Positions 48,870-59,232 are shown, numbered from the stretch's first letter. The stretch: 64,000 nt of DNA from an uncultured Clostridia bacterium (GCA_947629005.1 CANRCD010000001.1:159550-223549), one strand, 5' to 3'. Program-made: numbers and translations. Notes: generated by a model from the sequence alone, not told the origin.

Positions 48870-49787
48870 GTGCTGAAAAAGCGCGCCGAATTTCTTATTA
48901 CAGAGGGCACCGAAGTGAACACTTATATTGACGATTACGCCGCGCGGCTCGGCACGAGGGCAAGCGAAAGCACCGTCGCCTCGTACCGTCGCGATATCGA
49001 GCTTTTATATAATAGGCTGTCGGTGACCGATTCCGGCATTACGCGCCTGGGAACGGAGCAGCTTCAGGAATACTTGGCCTCTCTCGCCGAGGAAGGTCGC
49101 AGCAACGCTACCATTCTCAGAACAGCGTCCTCGCTGCGGAGCTTTTTTGCTTATCTTGAAGGCAGCGGACTCATGGATGAAAATCCTGCGGAGTATCTTT
49201 CGCTGCCCAAAAAAGCGGCGAAAGAGCCCGTTATCCTTACCACCGAAGAAATTAATCTGCTGCTGTCGCTCCCAAAAGGCGACGCTAAGGGTCTGCGTGA
49301 CAGAGCCATGCTCGAACTTCTTTACGCCACCGGCGTTAAGGTTTCGGAACTGATATCCATTCAAATAGGCGATATTGACCTTAACCGCGGCGTTCTCATT
49401 TGCCGCGGAACAGCCCGCGAAAGAGCAGTGCCTATTGGCCACGCTGCGGCCACAGCCGTCGCCGGATATTTATCCTCGGCGAGGAGTGAGATGGTTGGCA
49501 GTGAGGGCGCAGCCGCGCTGTTTGTGAACTGTCAGGGCCGCCCTATGACGCGGCAGGGCTTTTGGAAAATTGTCAAGGGCTACATTGCCGAGGCAAAAAT
49601 TCAAAAGGATGTAACGCCTCAGACTCTGCGTCATTCTTTTGCCGTTCATCTGCTCACAAACGGAGCCGATATGGATGACGTTTCTGAAATGCTCGGCTTT
49701 AATAACCGCGGCTCAGGCAGCATATACAGAAACATGGTCAGCGAAAAGCTGAAGAAAGCCTACAAAATGGCCCATCCGAGGGCATAG
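48870..49787 (+). CDS. xerD: Tyrosine site-specific recombinase XerD/XerC family
   Basis: N-terminal SAM-like core-binding domain (ASYRRDIELLY), catalytic RHSFA(T)HLL motif (LRHSFAVHLLTNGAD) and a catalytic Tyr (GSIYRNM). GTG start. Confidence 0.8.
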   Translation: MLKKRAEFLITEGTEVNTYIDDYAARLGTRASESTVASYRRDIELLYNRLSVTDSGITRLGTEQLQEYLASLAEEGRSNATILRTASSLRSFFAYLEGSGLMDENPAEYLSLPKKAAKEPVILTTEEINLLLSLPKGDAKGLRDRAMLELLYATGVKVSELISIQIGDIDLNRGVLICRGTARERAVPIGHAAATAVAGYLSSARSEMVGSEGAAALFVNCQGRPMTRQGFWKIVKGYIAEAKIQKDVTPQTLRHSFAVHLLTNGADMDDVSEMLGFNNRGSGSIYRNMVSEKLKKAYKMAHPRA

Positions 49788-49798
49788 GGGATAATGTA

Positions 49799-50092
49799 AT
49801 GCCGGATATTGATAGGGTCAGGCTGAATGAGGCCCGACTCGATGAGGCGCGGTCCGCCGTTTCTGAGCTGCTCTCGGCGCTTGAAGGCTACAAGGTAGCT
49901 TTGCCAAAAATTGCCGCTTTGAAGGAATATTACAGCGACGATTGGAAAACGGACGCCGCTGACGACGACGCCGGACTTTTCCCGCCGGATTTAAAGAGGG
50001 GCGTCCTTTCGGAGGACGCGGTTTTTGGCCTTCTTGCGTCAGACGCCGCAATTCGTGAAACCGCGGCGGAGATATTTTCAGATTTACAATAA
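49799..50092 (+). CDS. Hypothetical protein (DUF4298-like)
   Basis: 97-aa ORF 11 nt after xerD, followed by a strong terminator. Confidence 0.4.
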   Translation: MPDIDRVRLNEARLDEARSAVSELLSALEGYKVALPKIAALKEYYSDDWKTDAADDDAGLFPPDLKRGVLSEDAVFGLLASDAAIRETAAEIFSDLQ

Positions 50093-50096
50093 AGCA

Positions 50097-50125
50097 AACG
50101 GCCCGCATAGCGGGCCGTTTTTACT
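50097..50125. terminator. Bidirectional terminator AACGGCCCGCatagCGGGCCGTTTTT
   Basis: Perfect 10-bp GC stem plus T run between convergent genes. Confidence 0.7.
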
Positions 50126-50129
50126 ACTT

Positions 50130-51164
50130 TTACCTTTCCATTTCGGACTGAGGGCCTTCCGCCTTATGTGAGCGGATTATACTCTCGATTTCCTTGATAC
50201 TGCTGGCGCACATATCGCCCTCGATAGTGTTCTTAACGGCGCTGAGCGCGTTGCCTATCTCCAGCGCGTGCTGAACGTCGCGGCGGCATACAAGGCCGTA
50301 AAGCACGCCGGCAACATAAGCGTCGCCGCTGCCTACGCGGTCAACAACTTCTATGCCGTTGTAGCTCGGCTCCTCGTAGAACTGGCCGTCGAAGTAAATT
50401 TTCGAGCCAAAATTATGGCGCGTGGGGCTGATGGCCTCGCGGCGGGTTGTCGCAACGAGCTTACAACCATAATCCACGGTGTAACCCTTCATTATCTCCT
50501 CAAGCGTGCCGGTGCGCTGCAAGCAGCGGCGGCTTGTTTCCTCGGAAACAAAGAGAATATCTATCATCGGGAAAATTTTCTCAATAACGCTTCGGGCTTC
50601 TTCCTCGCTCCAGAGGTTGGCGCGGTAATTGACGTCGAAGCTGATAACGGCCCCCGTTTCCTTCATGCGGCGGATGACCTCAAGCGCTGTCTCGCGGAGA
50701 CCGGTGCCGAGAGCGAGAGTGATCGAGCTGATGTGGAAAACGCTGGTTTTGCCGTACATACTCGGGTCAAGCTCGCTGAGACGGAGCGTAGTCATCGAAG
50801 AGTGAGCGCGGTCATATATTACCGATGATTTTCTGGGATAAGCACCGCTCTCGTAATAGTAGATTCCAAGGCGCTTTTCGGGCGTGTCGTCAAAAACTAT
50901 GTAGTCGTCGCTGACGTTGCCGTAGCGTATCTTATTGCGTACAAAGCGGCCAACCTTGCTTTGAGGCAGCTTTGTAATTATCGCGCCGCGCGCGCCAAGC
51001 ATGGCCGCGCCGCTGACAACATTAAGCTCGCTGCCTCCGGCATTTTTGTCGAAGGTTTCCGACTGTGAGATTTTCTCCTTGCCGTCCGGCGAAAGACGAA
51101 GCATTACCTCGCCCATGCCCACCATGTCAAATTCTTTGTCCTTAGGAATGAAGTCCAAATTCAT
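50130..51164 (-). CDS. PfkB-family sugar kinase (2-dehydro-3-deoxygluconokinase-like)
   Basis: Ribokinase-fold motifs: an N-terminal GG dipeptide region and the C-terminal DxVGSGDAYVAG anion-hole motif (DRVGSGDAYVAG). Confidence 0.65.
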   Translation of the reverse strand: MNLDFIPKDKEFDMVGMGEVMLRLSPDGKEKISQSETFDKNAGGSELNVVSGAAMLGARGAIITKLPQSKVGRFVRNKIRYGNVSDDYIVFDDTPEKRLGIYYYESGAYPRKSSVIYDRAHSSMTTLRLSELDPSMYGKTSVFHISSITLALGTGLRETALEVIRRMKETGAVISFDVNYRANLWSEEEARSVIEKIFPMIDILFVSEETSRRCLQRTGTLEEIMKGYTVDYGCKLVATTRREAISPTRHNFGSKIYFDGQFYEEPSYNGIEVVDRVGSGDAYVAGVLYGLVCRRDVQHALEIGNALSAVKNTIEGDMCASSIKEIESIIRSHKAEGPQSEMER

Positions 51165-51217
51165 AAAATTCCCTCCTGTTTTTTATTTTTTACAGCACAC
51201 CGGCTGTTATTTAACTA

Positions 51218-52531
51218 TCACTCAAAAGCGTCAAAATATACCTTGCCGTTCTCCATGCCGCCGCGTTTATACTCCAGCAGCTCCTGCACCGTCACGAGCT
51301 GATATCCCTCTTTTATAAGGTCGGGTATGACGCGGACGGCCGCCTCGACAGTGGGCTCGTGGATATCGTGCATAAGTATTATCGCACCGTCGTAAACGTC
51401 GGACATTATCTTATTATATGTGGAGTCGGCGTTGCGCGTTTTCCAATCGAGGGTGTCAATAGACCACATTATTGCGGGCAGGTCAATCGCGGCAAGCACG
51501 TCGCTGTTATATGAGCCGTAGCACGGGCGGTAGGTGGGAGTGGGCTTGCCCGTTATTTCTTCAACCTTGTCGCTGGTTTTTTTGACGACAGAGGCCGCCG
51601 TCTCCGCGCTGACAGCAGTCAGATTTGTGTGCTCCCAAGTGTGATTGCTAACCTCGCAGCCGAGCTCAGCCTCGCGCTTAATAACGTCGGGATATGCCTC
51701 GTCAAGGTAGCCCAGCGTGAAGAACGTAGCGACGCTGTTGTTCTGCTCAAGGCAGTCCAGCAGGCGGTCGGTAAACTTGCCGGGACCGTCGTCAAAGGTT
51801 AGAGCAACCATAGGTTGTTCGGGGTCGATCACGCGCTTGATGATTTCCCAGCCGTCCTTTTGGTATTTTTCAACCTCGTCGTTAAAGATGAATTTTTCTT
51901 CGCCCTCGGCGCTGACCATCTTTTTTGCAACGTCAAGCAGACGATCGCTCCAGCCCTCGGCGAGCTTGGATTCGACCTCGGCGTTCATAACGGTTATCTT
52001 GCTGCCGTCGGACTTATAGAGCGTCTTTGTTATGTCGCTGAGCTTGTCATACCAGCCCTTGGCGGTATATGTACTTTTAACGCTGTTAGGAACGTACAGC
52101 GTGTCGCCGTCCTCGCTGTAAAGCGTGGTGAACGCGGCTGATTTGTCGAGGCTGTAGCCTTTTTCTTCGAGTGACTTGACGTCGCCCCTGACGGCGGTTA
52201 TAATACCTCCGTCCTCGGCGTACATGGTGACGGGAGCGATATCAGCCGCGTCAGAGTACCAGCCCCTGGCGATGTAGTCATCCACATCCTTTTCAGGAAC
52301 CGCCTTAACCGAGCCGTCGCGGTTATACATCACAGTCGCAGCGGGGGAGAAGGCGCTCACGGCCGCGCTGATAAGCGCGAGCGCGGCGGCTATGACAACA
52401 ATCAGCAGCAAAAGCTTAAAGCCGTTTTTGACTCTGCGCTTTTTCTTCCTGCCGCCGGAGCGGCGGGGCTTAAGGTCGCGGAGCTCGGGGTATTCTTCGT
52501 ATATATCATAATCGGAAGCCAAGGCTATCAC
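51218..52531 (-). CDS. Polysaccharide deacetylase (NodB domain) with N-terminal TM anchor and four ~35-aa GW-type repeats
   Basis: NodB motifs TFDDGP and HTWEH. Repeat units end in ...ARGWYSDAADI, ...AKGWYDKLSDI, ...AEGWSDRLLDV and ...QKDGWEIIKRV. Confidence 0.75.
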   Translation of the reverse strand: MIALASDYDIYEEYPELRDLKPRRSGGRKKKRRVKNGFKLLLLIVVIAAALALISAAVSAFSPAATVMYNRDGSVKAVPEKDVDDYIARGWYSDAADIAPVTMYAEDGGIITAVRGDVKSLEEKGYSLDKSAAFTTLYSEDGDTLYVPNSVKSTYTAKGWYDKLSDITKTLYKSDGSKITVMNAEVESKLAEGWSDRLLDVAKKMVSAEGEEKFIFNDEVEKYQKDGWEIIKRVIDPEQPMVALTFDDGPGKFTDRLLDCLEQNNSVATFFTLGYLDEAYPDVIKREAELGCEVSNHTWEHTNLTAVSAETAASVVKKTSDKVEEITGKPTPTYRPCYGSYNSDVLAAIDLPAIMWSIDTLDWKTRNADSTYNKIMSDVYDGAIILMHDIHEPTVEAAVRVIPDLIKEGYQLVTVQELLEYKRGGMENGKVYFDAFE

Positions 52532-52609
52532 TTCTTTCGTTATTTGCCGTTAGATTTTCTCCTGCACTTTTATTATACCATAAAATTTTACAAGTTTCAA
52601 TAAAAATAA

Positions 52610-52638
52610 TTGACGAAATGAAATTTTTTTGGTAAAAT
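52610..52638 (+). promoter_or_regulatory. sigma-A promoter TTGACG-17-TAAAAT for the zinc-ribbon/thyA/folA gene string
   Basis: Hexamers read from the sequence. Confidence 0.5.
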
Positions 52639-52671
52639 GAAGATAATGTTTGTTTAAGGAGGCGGTCAGCC

Positions 52672-53316
52672 GTGAAATGCCCATACTGCGGCAAGGAGCT
52701 TTCAGAGAAAAAAACCTACTGCCCCGAATGTGGAGGCAAGCTTAACAAGACCGATAATTCAAAGGACGACACCCTTCGTCTGCCGGATTTAAGCGGAGTT
52801 CCGTTAGGAGGCGCGCCCCGCGCAAGGCGGACTCCTCCGGCGAAGAAATCCGGCGGAGGAGGTACCGCCGCGCTTGTGGTCGTCGCCCTTATCGCGGCAG
52901 CGGTGGCCGCGGCGGCAATAGTTTTCATAATGCGCGAGCGCGAGCCGTCCGAACGGCCCGTCGTTGATATTGGAGAGCCGGACACGGTCGTCGACGAGCC
53001 CGATTTTGACCTTCCGGACGCCGACCGCCGCGCCGAACCCGAGCCAAAACCCGAAAAACAGGAAACGGGGCAAAGCGCCGGCGAAGATAACGTCACCGCA
53101 GACGACGCCACCATATACCCGACTGACGAGGACAGTGCGGACGATGACTCGGAAAACGGTGATACCGTGAACGAGGATAACGAAAACAGCGGAGAGGAAG
53201 CCGACAAGCACGCCGTAAAGGATACGGATCCGGACGAGCCGCCTAACGATGCGGACGAGTCCGCGCCGGATACCGAGGACGGCTCCGACAGCGTGTCTGT
53301 CTCAATGCCGGAATAA
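52672..53316 (+). CDS. Zinc-ribbon membrane protein with a long acidic low-complexity C-terminal tail
   Basis: CPYCG...CPECGG zinc ribbon, a single TM (ALVVVALIAAAVAAAAIVFIM) and a D/E-rich tail. GTG start. Confidence 0.5.
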   Translation: MKCPYCGKELSEKKTYCPECGGKLNKTDNSKDDTLRLPDLSGVPLGGAPRARRTPPAKKSGGGGTAALVVVALIAAAVAAAAIVFIMREREPSERPVVDIGEPDTVVDEPDFDLPDADRRAEPEPKPEKQETGQSAGEDNVTADDATIYPTDEDSADDDSENGDTVNEDNENSGEEADKHAVKDTDPDEPPNDADESAPDTEDGSDSVSVSMPE

Positions 53317-53328
53317 GGAGAAAAAACC

Positions 53329-54159
53329 ATGAGCTATGCTGATAAGGTATTTATTGATAATTGCAGGGACATACTCGAAAACGGCTTCAGCGACGAAGGG
53401 CTGGACGTGCGCCCGCACTGGGATGACGGCTTGCCGGCGCACACGGTGAAAAAGTTTGGCATCGTCAACCGTTACGACCTTTCAAAGGAATTCCCGATAA
53501 TGACGCTGCGGCGTACGGCCCTTAAGACCTGCGTTGACGAGCTGCTTTGGATATGGCAGAAAAAGAGCAGCAATATTAAGGACCTCGGCAGCAGAATATG
53601 GGATCAGTGGGCCGACGAAAGCGGCAGCATAGGCAAGGCATACGGCTATCAGCTCGGCGTTAAGCATAAGTATGCGGAGGGCGAGTTTGACCAGGTCGAC
53701 AGGGTTATTTACGACCTTAAGCACAATCCGCAGAGCCGCCGCATACTGACGAACATATATAACCATCACGACCTGCACGAGATGCACCTCTATCCCTGCG
53801 CCTACAGCGTTACCTTCAACGTGAGCGGGAACGTGCTGAACGCCGTGCTCAACCAACGCTCACAGGATATGCTTACCGCAAACAACTGGAATGTGTGCCA
53901 GTACGCCGTACTGGTTTACATGATGGCTCAAGTCAGCGGCCTCGTGGCGGGCGAACTGGTTCACGTCATTGCCGACGCGCATATCTACGACAGGCATATC
54001 CCGCTTGTGGAGGAAATGCTTGAAAAAGAGCCTTATGACGCGCCCGAATTCACGCTCGACCACTCTGTGACCGATTTTTACGCCTTCACAAAGGACAGCG
54101 TGAGCCTTAAAAATTACAGATATCACGAGCTTGCGGGCAAAATTCCCGTGGCCGAATAG
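53329..54159 (+). CDS. thyA: Thymidylate synthase
   Basis: 276 aa with the ThyA active-site region (LYPCAYSVTFNV... catalytic Cys). Confidence 0.9.
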   Translation: MSYADKVFIDNCRDILENGFSDEGLDVRPHWDDGLPAHTVKKFGIVNRYDLSKEFPIMTLRRTALKTCVDELLWIWQKKSSNIKDLGSRIWDQWADESGSIGKAYGYQLGVKHKYAEGEFDQVDRVIYDLKHNPQSRRILTNIYNHHDLHEMHLYPCAYSVTFNVSGNVLNAVLNQRSQDMLTANNWNVCQYAVLVYMMAQVSGLVAGELVHVIADAHIYDRHIPLVEEMLEKEPYDAPEFTLDHSVTDFYAFTKDSVSLKNYRYHELAGKIPVAE

Positions 54160-54177
54160 AAAGGAATCTGGAATCTT

Positions 54178-54666
54178 ATGAAAGCGATTCTCTGTGCCTC
54201 CGAAAACTGGGGGATAGGCAATGGAGGCGGACTCCTGTTCCATATCAGGGCGGATATGAGGTTCTTCCGCGCCCAAACCGAGGGCGGCATTGTAATAATG
54301 GGGCGTAAGACCCTCGATTCCTTCCCCGAGGGAAGGCCGCTGAAAAACCGTGTGAACATCGTGCTCACGCATGACGCATCTTTCGCGCGGGAAGGAGTTA
54401 TCGCCGTTTCTTGCAAAAGCGGGGCCCTTGCCGAGGCCAAAAAGCACGACGGCGAGGTATATATCATAGGCGGCGGCGAGATTTACTCTCTCTTTCTCGA
54501 GGACTGCGACCGCTGTCTGGTGACAAAGGTTGAAGCCCGCCCTGAGGCCGACGTCTTTTTCCCCAATCTTGACGAAAGCCCCAACTGGCGAATAGCGGAG
54601 GAAAGCGAGCTCTTTGAGGAGGACGGGCTTAAATTCAGATTTGTGACATACGAGAGGACGAGATAA
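54178..54666 (+). CDS. folA: Dihydrofolate reductase
   Basis: 162 aa with IGNGG...MGRKT motifs. Conserved thyA-folA pairing. Confidence 0.9.
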   Translation: MKAILCASENWGIGNGGGLLFHIRADMRFFRAQTEGGIVIMGRKTLDSFPEGRPLKNRVNIVLTHDASFAREGVIAVSCKSGALAEAKKHDGEVYIIGGGEIYSLFLEDCDRCLVTKVEARPEADVFFPNLDESPNWRIAEESELFEEDGLKFRFVTYERTR

Positions 54667-55233
54667 ATGGCAAAGGTAACATGGAAGGGCGGCGCGATGC
54701 TTGCGCCCGTGCCTCCGGCGCTGGTTTCCTGCTCCCACGGCGGGAAGGATAACCTTATAACTGTGGCGTGGACGGGGATAATCAACTCCGACCCGCCTAA
54801 AACCTATATTTCCGTGCGGCCCGAGCGGTTTTCGCACAGCCTTATAAAAGAAAGCGGCGAGTTCGTCATTAACCTGCCCACGAGCCATATAATACGCTCA
54901 ATCGACTTCTGCGGCGTCAGAAGCGGGCGCGAGATTGATAAATTTGCCGTCTGCCGCCTCACTAAGGAGGCCGCGTCGGCGGTCGGCTGTCCTTTGGTCG
55001 CCGAAAGCCCTCTCAGCCTCGAGTGCAAAGTGACGGAAATTTTGAGCCTCGGCAGCCATGATATGTTTATGGCTGACATCGTCGCCGTGGACGTTGACGA
55101 ACATTATATTGACGAAAACGGAAAATTCCGCATTGAAAAATGCGCTCTCGCGGCCTACGCACACGGGCAGTATTTTGCCCTCGGAAAAAAGATAGGCTCG
55201 TTCGGTTATTCGGTGAAGAAAAAGAAAAAATAA
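54667..55233 (+). CDS. Flavin reductase-like FMN-binding domain protein
   Basis: Flavin_Reduct-type split-barrel signature (LITVAWTG...SVRPERFSHSLIKESGEFVINL). The start abuts the folA stop. Confidence 0.65.
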   Translation: MAKVTWKGGAMLAPVPPALVSCSHGGKDNLITVAWTGIINSDPPKTYISVRPERFSHSLIKESGEFVINLPTSHIIRSIDFCGVRSGREIDKFAVCRLTKEAASAVGCPLVAESPLSLECKVTEILSLGSHDMFMADIVAVDVDEHYIDENGKFRIEKCALAAYAHGQYFALGKKIGSFGYSVKKKKK

Positions 55234-55250
55234 GAAAAGGACTGATACAA

Positions 55251-56564
55251 ATGTGGGCATACGAGAGTGTGTTTTATCAGATTTACCCGATGGGCTTTTG
55301 CGGAGCGCCGCGCGTGAACGACGGCGTAACCGTAAACAGGATATCAAAGGTGGCCGAGTGGATTGGCCACATTAAGGCAACAGGCGCGGACGCAATCTAT
55401 ATGTCGCCCGTCTTTGAGAGTGACAGCCACGGCTATGACACGAGGGATTTCCGCAAAATTGACTGCCGTCTTGGTTCCAATTCCGACTTTGCAGCTCTGT
55501 GCGCCGAGCTGCACAAAAACGGTATAAAGATCGTGCTGGACGGCGTGTTCAACCACGTGGGACGCGGCTTTTGGGCTTTTGAGGACGTTCGGCAAAAAAA
55601 GTGGGACAGCCCATATAAGGACTGGTTCAACATCAATTTCGGCGGCAACAGCGGCTATAACGACGGCTTTTGGTACGAGGGCTGGGAAGGACATTACGAG
55701 TTAGTTAAGCTGAATTTGCGCAATAATGCCGTAGTGGAGCACATTTTTTCCTGTATAAGACAGTGGGTGGAGGAGTTCGATATCGACGGCCTGCGCCTCG
55801 ATGTGGCGTACCTGCTTGATCAGGACTTTATAAGGCGGCTTCGGGCCTTTTGCGATAGTCTCAAGCCCGATTTCTTCCTCGTAGGCGAGATGATACACGG
55901 CGACTACAACCGCGTGGTTGGCGAGGGACTGCTTCACAGCTGCACCAATTACGAGTGCTACAAGGGGCTTTACAGCAGCTTTAACTCGATGAATATGTTT
56001 GAGATAATCCACTCGCTCAAGATGCAGTTCGGTCCGGAGCCATGGTGCCGCTACACCGGCAAGCGGCTGATGTGCTTTGTCGATAATCACGATGTTACCC
56101 GCGTCGCGTCAATACTTAACAACGAGCGGCATCTGCCGCTGATATACGGATTGTTGTTTGCCATGCCGGGCATACCCTGCGTATACTACGGCAGCGAGTG
56201 GGGAGAGAAGGCTCAAAAGCAGTCCGGCAGTGACGACAATCTGCGCCCCTGCTTTAACGCACCCGTCGAAAACGAGCTTACCCGCACGATTGCCGTTATG
56301 GCAAAGGCTCACAGGGAAAACCCCGAGCTCTGCTACGGCGATTTTAAAGACCTTGTGCTTACCAACAAGCAGTGTATCTTTGAAAGAGCCGTTGACGGCA
56401 AGCGTATGATGATAGCCATAAATGCCGACAGCGAGCCTTATGTGGCCCATTTTGACGCCCGCGCGGGTCGCGCGATGAACGTGCTCACCGGCGAGTGGCA
56501 CGACTTCGGCGGCGGCAGCGAGCTTGCGCCGTACAGCGTGGAATATTGGAAGGTTGTGGATTAA
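55251..56564 (+). CDS. Glycoside hydrolase family 13 alpha-amylase-type enzyme (small, single catalytic domain)
   Basis: GH13 regions I-IV (DGVFNHVG, GLRLDVAYLL, FLVGEM, FVDNHD). Confidence 0.75.
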   Translation: MWAYESVFYQIYPMGFCGAPRVNDGVTVNRISKVAEWIGHIKATGADAIYMSPVFESDSHGYDTRDFRKIDCRLGSNSDFAALCAELHKNGIKIVLDGVFNHVGRGFWAFEDVRQKKWDSPYKDWFNINFGGNSGYNDGFWYEGWEGHYELVKLNLRNNAVVEHIFSCIRQWVEEFDIDGLRLDVAYLLDQDFIRRLRAFCDSLKPDFFLVGEMIHGDYNRVVGEGLLHSCTNYECYKGLYSSFNSMNMFEIIHSLKMQFGPEPWCRYTGKRLMCFVDNHDVTRVASILNNERHLPLIYGLLFAMPGIPCVYYGSEWGEKAQKQSGSDDNLRPCFNAPVENELTRTIAVMAKAHRENPELCYGDFKDLVLTNKQCIFERAVDGKRMMIAINADSEPYVAHFDARAGRAMNVLTGEWHDFGGGSELAPYSVEYWKVVD

Positions 56565-56566
56565 AA

Positions 56567-56991
56567 TGCTTGTTATCGCAAACTTGATAATGTGCTTCGG
56601 GGCGATGGGCCTGCTCGTCCTCCCCATAGCCGCGCGGGGGCCAGTGATGTGGGCCGTTTTCATCGCGCCCTGCGTCGTTCAGCTCATCGTCAACGGCCTG
56701 TTTTACCGGCGAATGCAATTCCGCCGCGCACTTGGGTTCGAGTCGGTTTACCTGATGTCAAGTTTCCTGTTGTCGCTGATTTTCAGGCTCGTGCTGAGAG
56801 GCTCAAGCCTTGAAAGCTACGGCTCCGCCCTAAGCTGCTTTATGTTCTTCATAGCGTATAACGCTGTACACTGGATTTTTGCCTTTATCTGCCTCGGCGT
56901 TAAGCGCCGCCGCGAGGGGCCTCCCGCGAAAAAGCCCGAGGATTTACGTTACGGCCTTATACGCGACGAGGGCAACAAGGACGAACTGTAG
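56567..56991 (+). CDS. Hypothetical 4-TM membrane protein
   Basis: 141 aa and hydrophobic. The start abuts the GH13 stop. Confidence 0.4.
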
Positions 56992-57002
56992 AAAGGACTA
57001 AT

Positions 57003-57527
57003 ATGAAAACTAAAAACCTTATTATCTGCGCCATGATGGCCGCCGTTATGTGCGTATGCTCCATGTTCACGATTCCGGCGGGCGTTGTTTCGATAACGCT
57101 CAGCGTGTTCGGCGTGCTGCTTTCGGCCGTTATCCTCGGCTGGAGGCGCGCCGTAATAGCAACGGCGGTATTCGTCCTGCTCGGCGCGGTAGGTCTGCCG
57201 GTGTTCAGCGGTATGCGCGGAGGGATAGGTATGTTGACCGGCCCCACCGGCGGCTATATCTACTCCTACATACCCATGGCTATAATCACCGGCCTCGCCT
57301 CGGACAAGGCTAAAGGCAAATTCCGCTTTTTTATCGTTTTTGCCGCCTGCGTACTCAGCGCGGTAATATGCGACGGCCTTGGCTCGGTACACTTTATGCT
57401 TGTGACAAAAACCGATTTTATGGCCGCGCTCGCCGCCTGCTTCGCGCCGTTTATTCTGCTCGACTGCGGCAAGGGCCTCGCGGCGGCCGCGCTGGGAATA
57501 AAAATCAGAAAAATACTCAAAATTTGA
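57003..57527 (+). CDS. bioY: Biotin ECF transporter S component BioY
   Basis: 174 aa, ~6 TM, typical BioY features. Confidence 0.7.
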   Translation: MKTKNLIICAMMAAVMCVCSMFTIPAGVVSITLSVFGVLLSAVILGWRRAVIATAVFVLLGAVGLPVFSGMRGGIGMLTGPTGGYIYSYIPMAIITGLASDKAKGKFRFFIVFAACVLSAVICDGLGSVHFMLVTKTDFMAALAACFAPFILLDCGKGLAAAALGIKIRKILKI

Positions 57528-57544
57528 ACGGAGGACTTGAACCG

Positions 57545-58315
57545 ATGAAATTTATCTCATGGAACGTCAACGGCCTCCGCGCCTGCATGAATAAGGGCTT
57601 CGCCGAGTTTTTCGCCGAGGCGGACGCCGATTTTTTCTGCGTGCAGGAAACAAAGCTTCAGAAGGGCCAGCTTGATTTTGCCCCCGAGGGATACTTCTGC
57701 TACTGGAATTACGCCGAGAAAAAGGGTTACAGCGGCACGGCTATCTTCACCAAGCACGAGCCAAAATGCGTCAGCTACGGCATAGGAGTGGAGGAACACG
57801 ACCACGAGGGCCGCGTTATAACCCTCGAATACGAAAGCTTCTATGTCGTTACCGTTTACACTCCCAATTCACAGGACGAGCTTAAGCGTCTCGATTACCG
57901 CATGAGCTGGGAGGACGCCTTTCTCGCGTACCTTAAGGGCTTAAACGAAAAAAAGAAGGTTCTTTTCGCGGGCGACCTGAATGTGGCTCACAAGGAGATT
58001 GACCTCAAAAATCCCAAGACAAACCGCCGAAACCCGGGCTTTACGGACGAAGAGCGGAGCAAGTTTACCGCTGTGACGGAAAACGGCTTCAAGGACACCT
58101 TCCGCGCCCTTTATCCAGACCTTGAAAACGTCTATTCGTGGTGGAGCTACCGCTTCCATGCCCGTGAAAAGAATGTGGGGTGGCGAATAGACTACTGGTG
58201 TGTGTCGGAGGATATGCCAATCGTTGACGCGATGATTTACACCGACGTTTACGGAAGCGACCACTGCCCCGTGGGGCTTATAGTCGATGAGAAGGAGGCC
58301 GGCCTCAGTGTATGA
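57545..58315 (+). CDS. xth: Exodeoxyribonuclease III (AP endonuclease family 1)
   Basis: [13 protein letters not shown]...FCVQETK...GDLNVAH...SDHCPV motifs. Start at the ATG with a GGAGGA RBS. Confidence 0.9.
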   Translation: MKFISWNVNGLRACMNKGFAEFFAEADADFFCVQETKLQKGQLDFAPEGYFCYWNYAEKKGYSGTAIFTKHEPKCVSYGIGVEEHDHEGRVITLEYESFYVVTVYTPNSQDELKRLDYRMSWEDAFLAYLKGLNEKKKVLFAGDLNVAHKEIDLKNPKTNRRNPGFTDEERSKFTAVTENGFKDTFRALYPDLENVYSWWSYRFHAREKNVGWRIDYWCVSEDMPIVDAMIYTDVYGSDHCPVGLIVDEKEAGLSV

Positions 58316-59180
58316 CCTGACCGACCCTAAAATAATAAAATACCTGTGCCGCCGCCACGGCTTCACGTTCTCGAAGAGTATGGGCCAAAATTTTATAACC
58401 GACCCTTCGGTTTTGATGTCCATTGCCGAAAGAGCAACTGACGGCGCCGAGGGCGTTATCGAGATAGGCCCCGGCTTTGGCAGCCTTACGGCCGCGCTGG
58501 CCACGCGGGCAAAAAAAGTGGCCGCCATTGAGCTTGACAGGCGGCTGGAGCCCGTCCTTGAAGAAACGCTGGCGGGTTTCGGAAACATTGACATTATCTG
58601 GGGCGACTGCCTTAAGGTTGATTACCCGAGGCTGCTGAACGAGCGGTTTTCGGGCATGAGCGTCAGTGTGGCGGCAAATCTGCCGTACTACATCACAACG
58701 CCCATCCTAATGCACCTTGTTGAAGGCCGCTTTCCCTTCAAACGTATCATAGTAATGGTGCAGAAGGAGGTGGCCGAGCGGCTCTGCGCCGCGCCCGGCG
58801 GAAAGGACTACGGAGCTGTGACGCTTGCCGCGCAGTATTATACCGAGCCAGAAATTCTTGCAGTGGCGCCGGCGAAAAGCTTTATTCCCGCCCCGAAGGT
58901 GGACAGCGCCGTCGTTTCAATGGAGGTGCGCTCCGCTCCCGCTGTCGAGGTCAAGGATGAAAAGCTGTTTTTTTCGCTGATAAAAGCGGCGTTTTCCCAG
59001 AGGAGGAAAACACTGGCAAACAGCCTTTTTAACAGCGGCAAATTCGCTTCAAAGGCGGACGTTTCTGCGGCGGTGGCTTCCCTCGGCCTTGGCGAAAGTA
59101 TTCGCGGTGAGGCACTTAGCATAAAAGATTTCGCCTCTTTGACCGATTTTTTTGTTGAAAACGTAGAAAATGCAAACTAA
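58308..59180 (+). CDS. rsmA: 16S rRNA (adenine1518/1519-N6)-dimethyltransferase
   Basis: GQNFI...[13 protein letters not shown] motif and the [10 protein letters not shown] signature. GTG start at 58308 with an AGAAGGAGG RBS; the upstream ATG at 58287 is the alternative. Confidence 0.85.
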   Translation: MYDLTDPKIIKYLCRRHGFTFSKSMGQNFITDPSVLMSIAERATDGAEGVIEIGPGFGSLTAALATRAKKVAAIELDRRLEPVLEETLAGFGNIDIIWGDCLKVDYPRLLNERFSGMSVSVAANLPYYITTPILMHLVEGRFPFKRIIVMVQKEVAERLCAAPGGKDYGAVTLAAQYYTEPEILAVAPAKSFIPAPKVDSAVVSMEVRSAPAVEVKDEKLFFSLIKAAFSQRRKTLANSLFNSGKFASKADVSAAVASLGLGESIRGEALSIKDFASLTDFFVENVENAN

Positions 59181-59203
59181 TTGTGAATTAGTTAAAAAAC
59201 CGA

Positions 59204-59232
59204 TAGACAAATCCGAAAATTTGGTATATAAT
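59204..59232 (+). promoter_or_regulatory. Promoter TAGACA-17-TATAAT (TG-extended) for pckG
   Basis: Hexamers read from the sequence. Confidence 0.45.
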
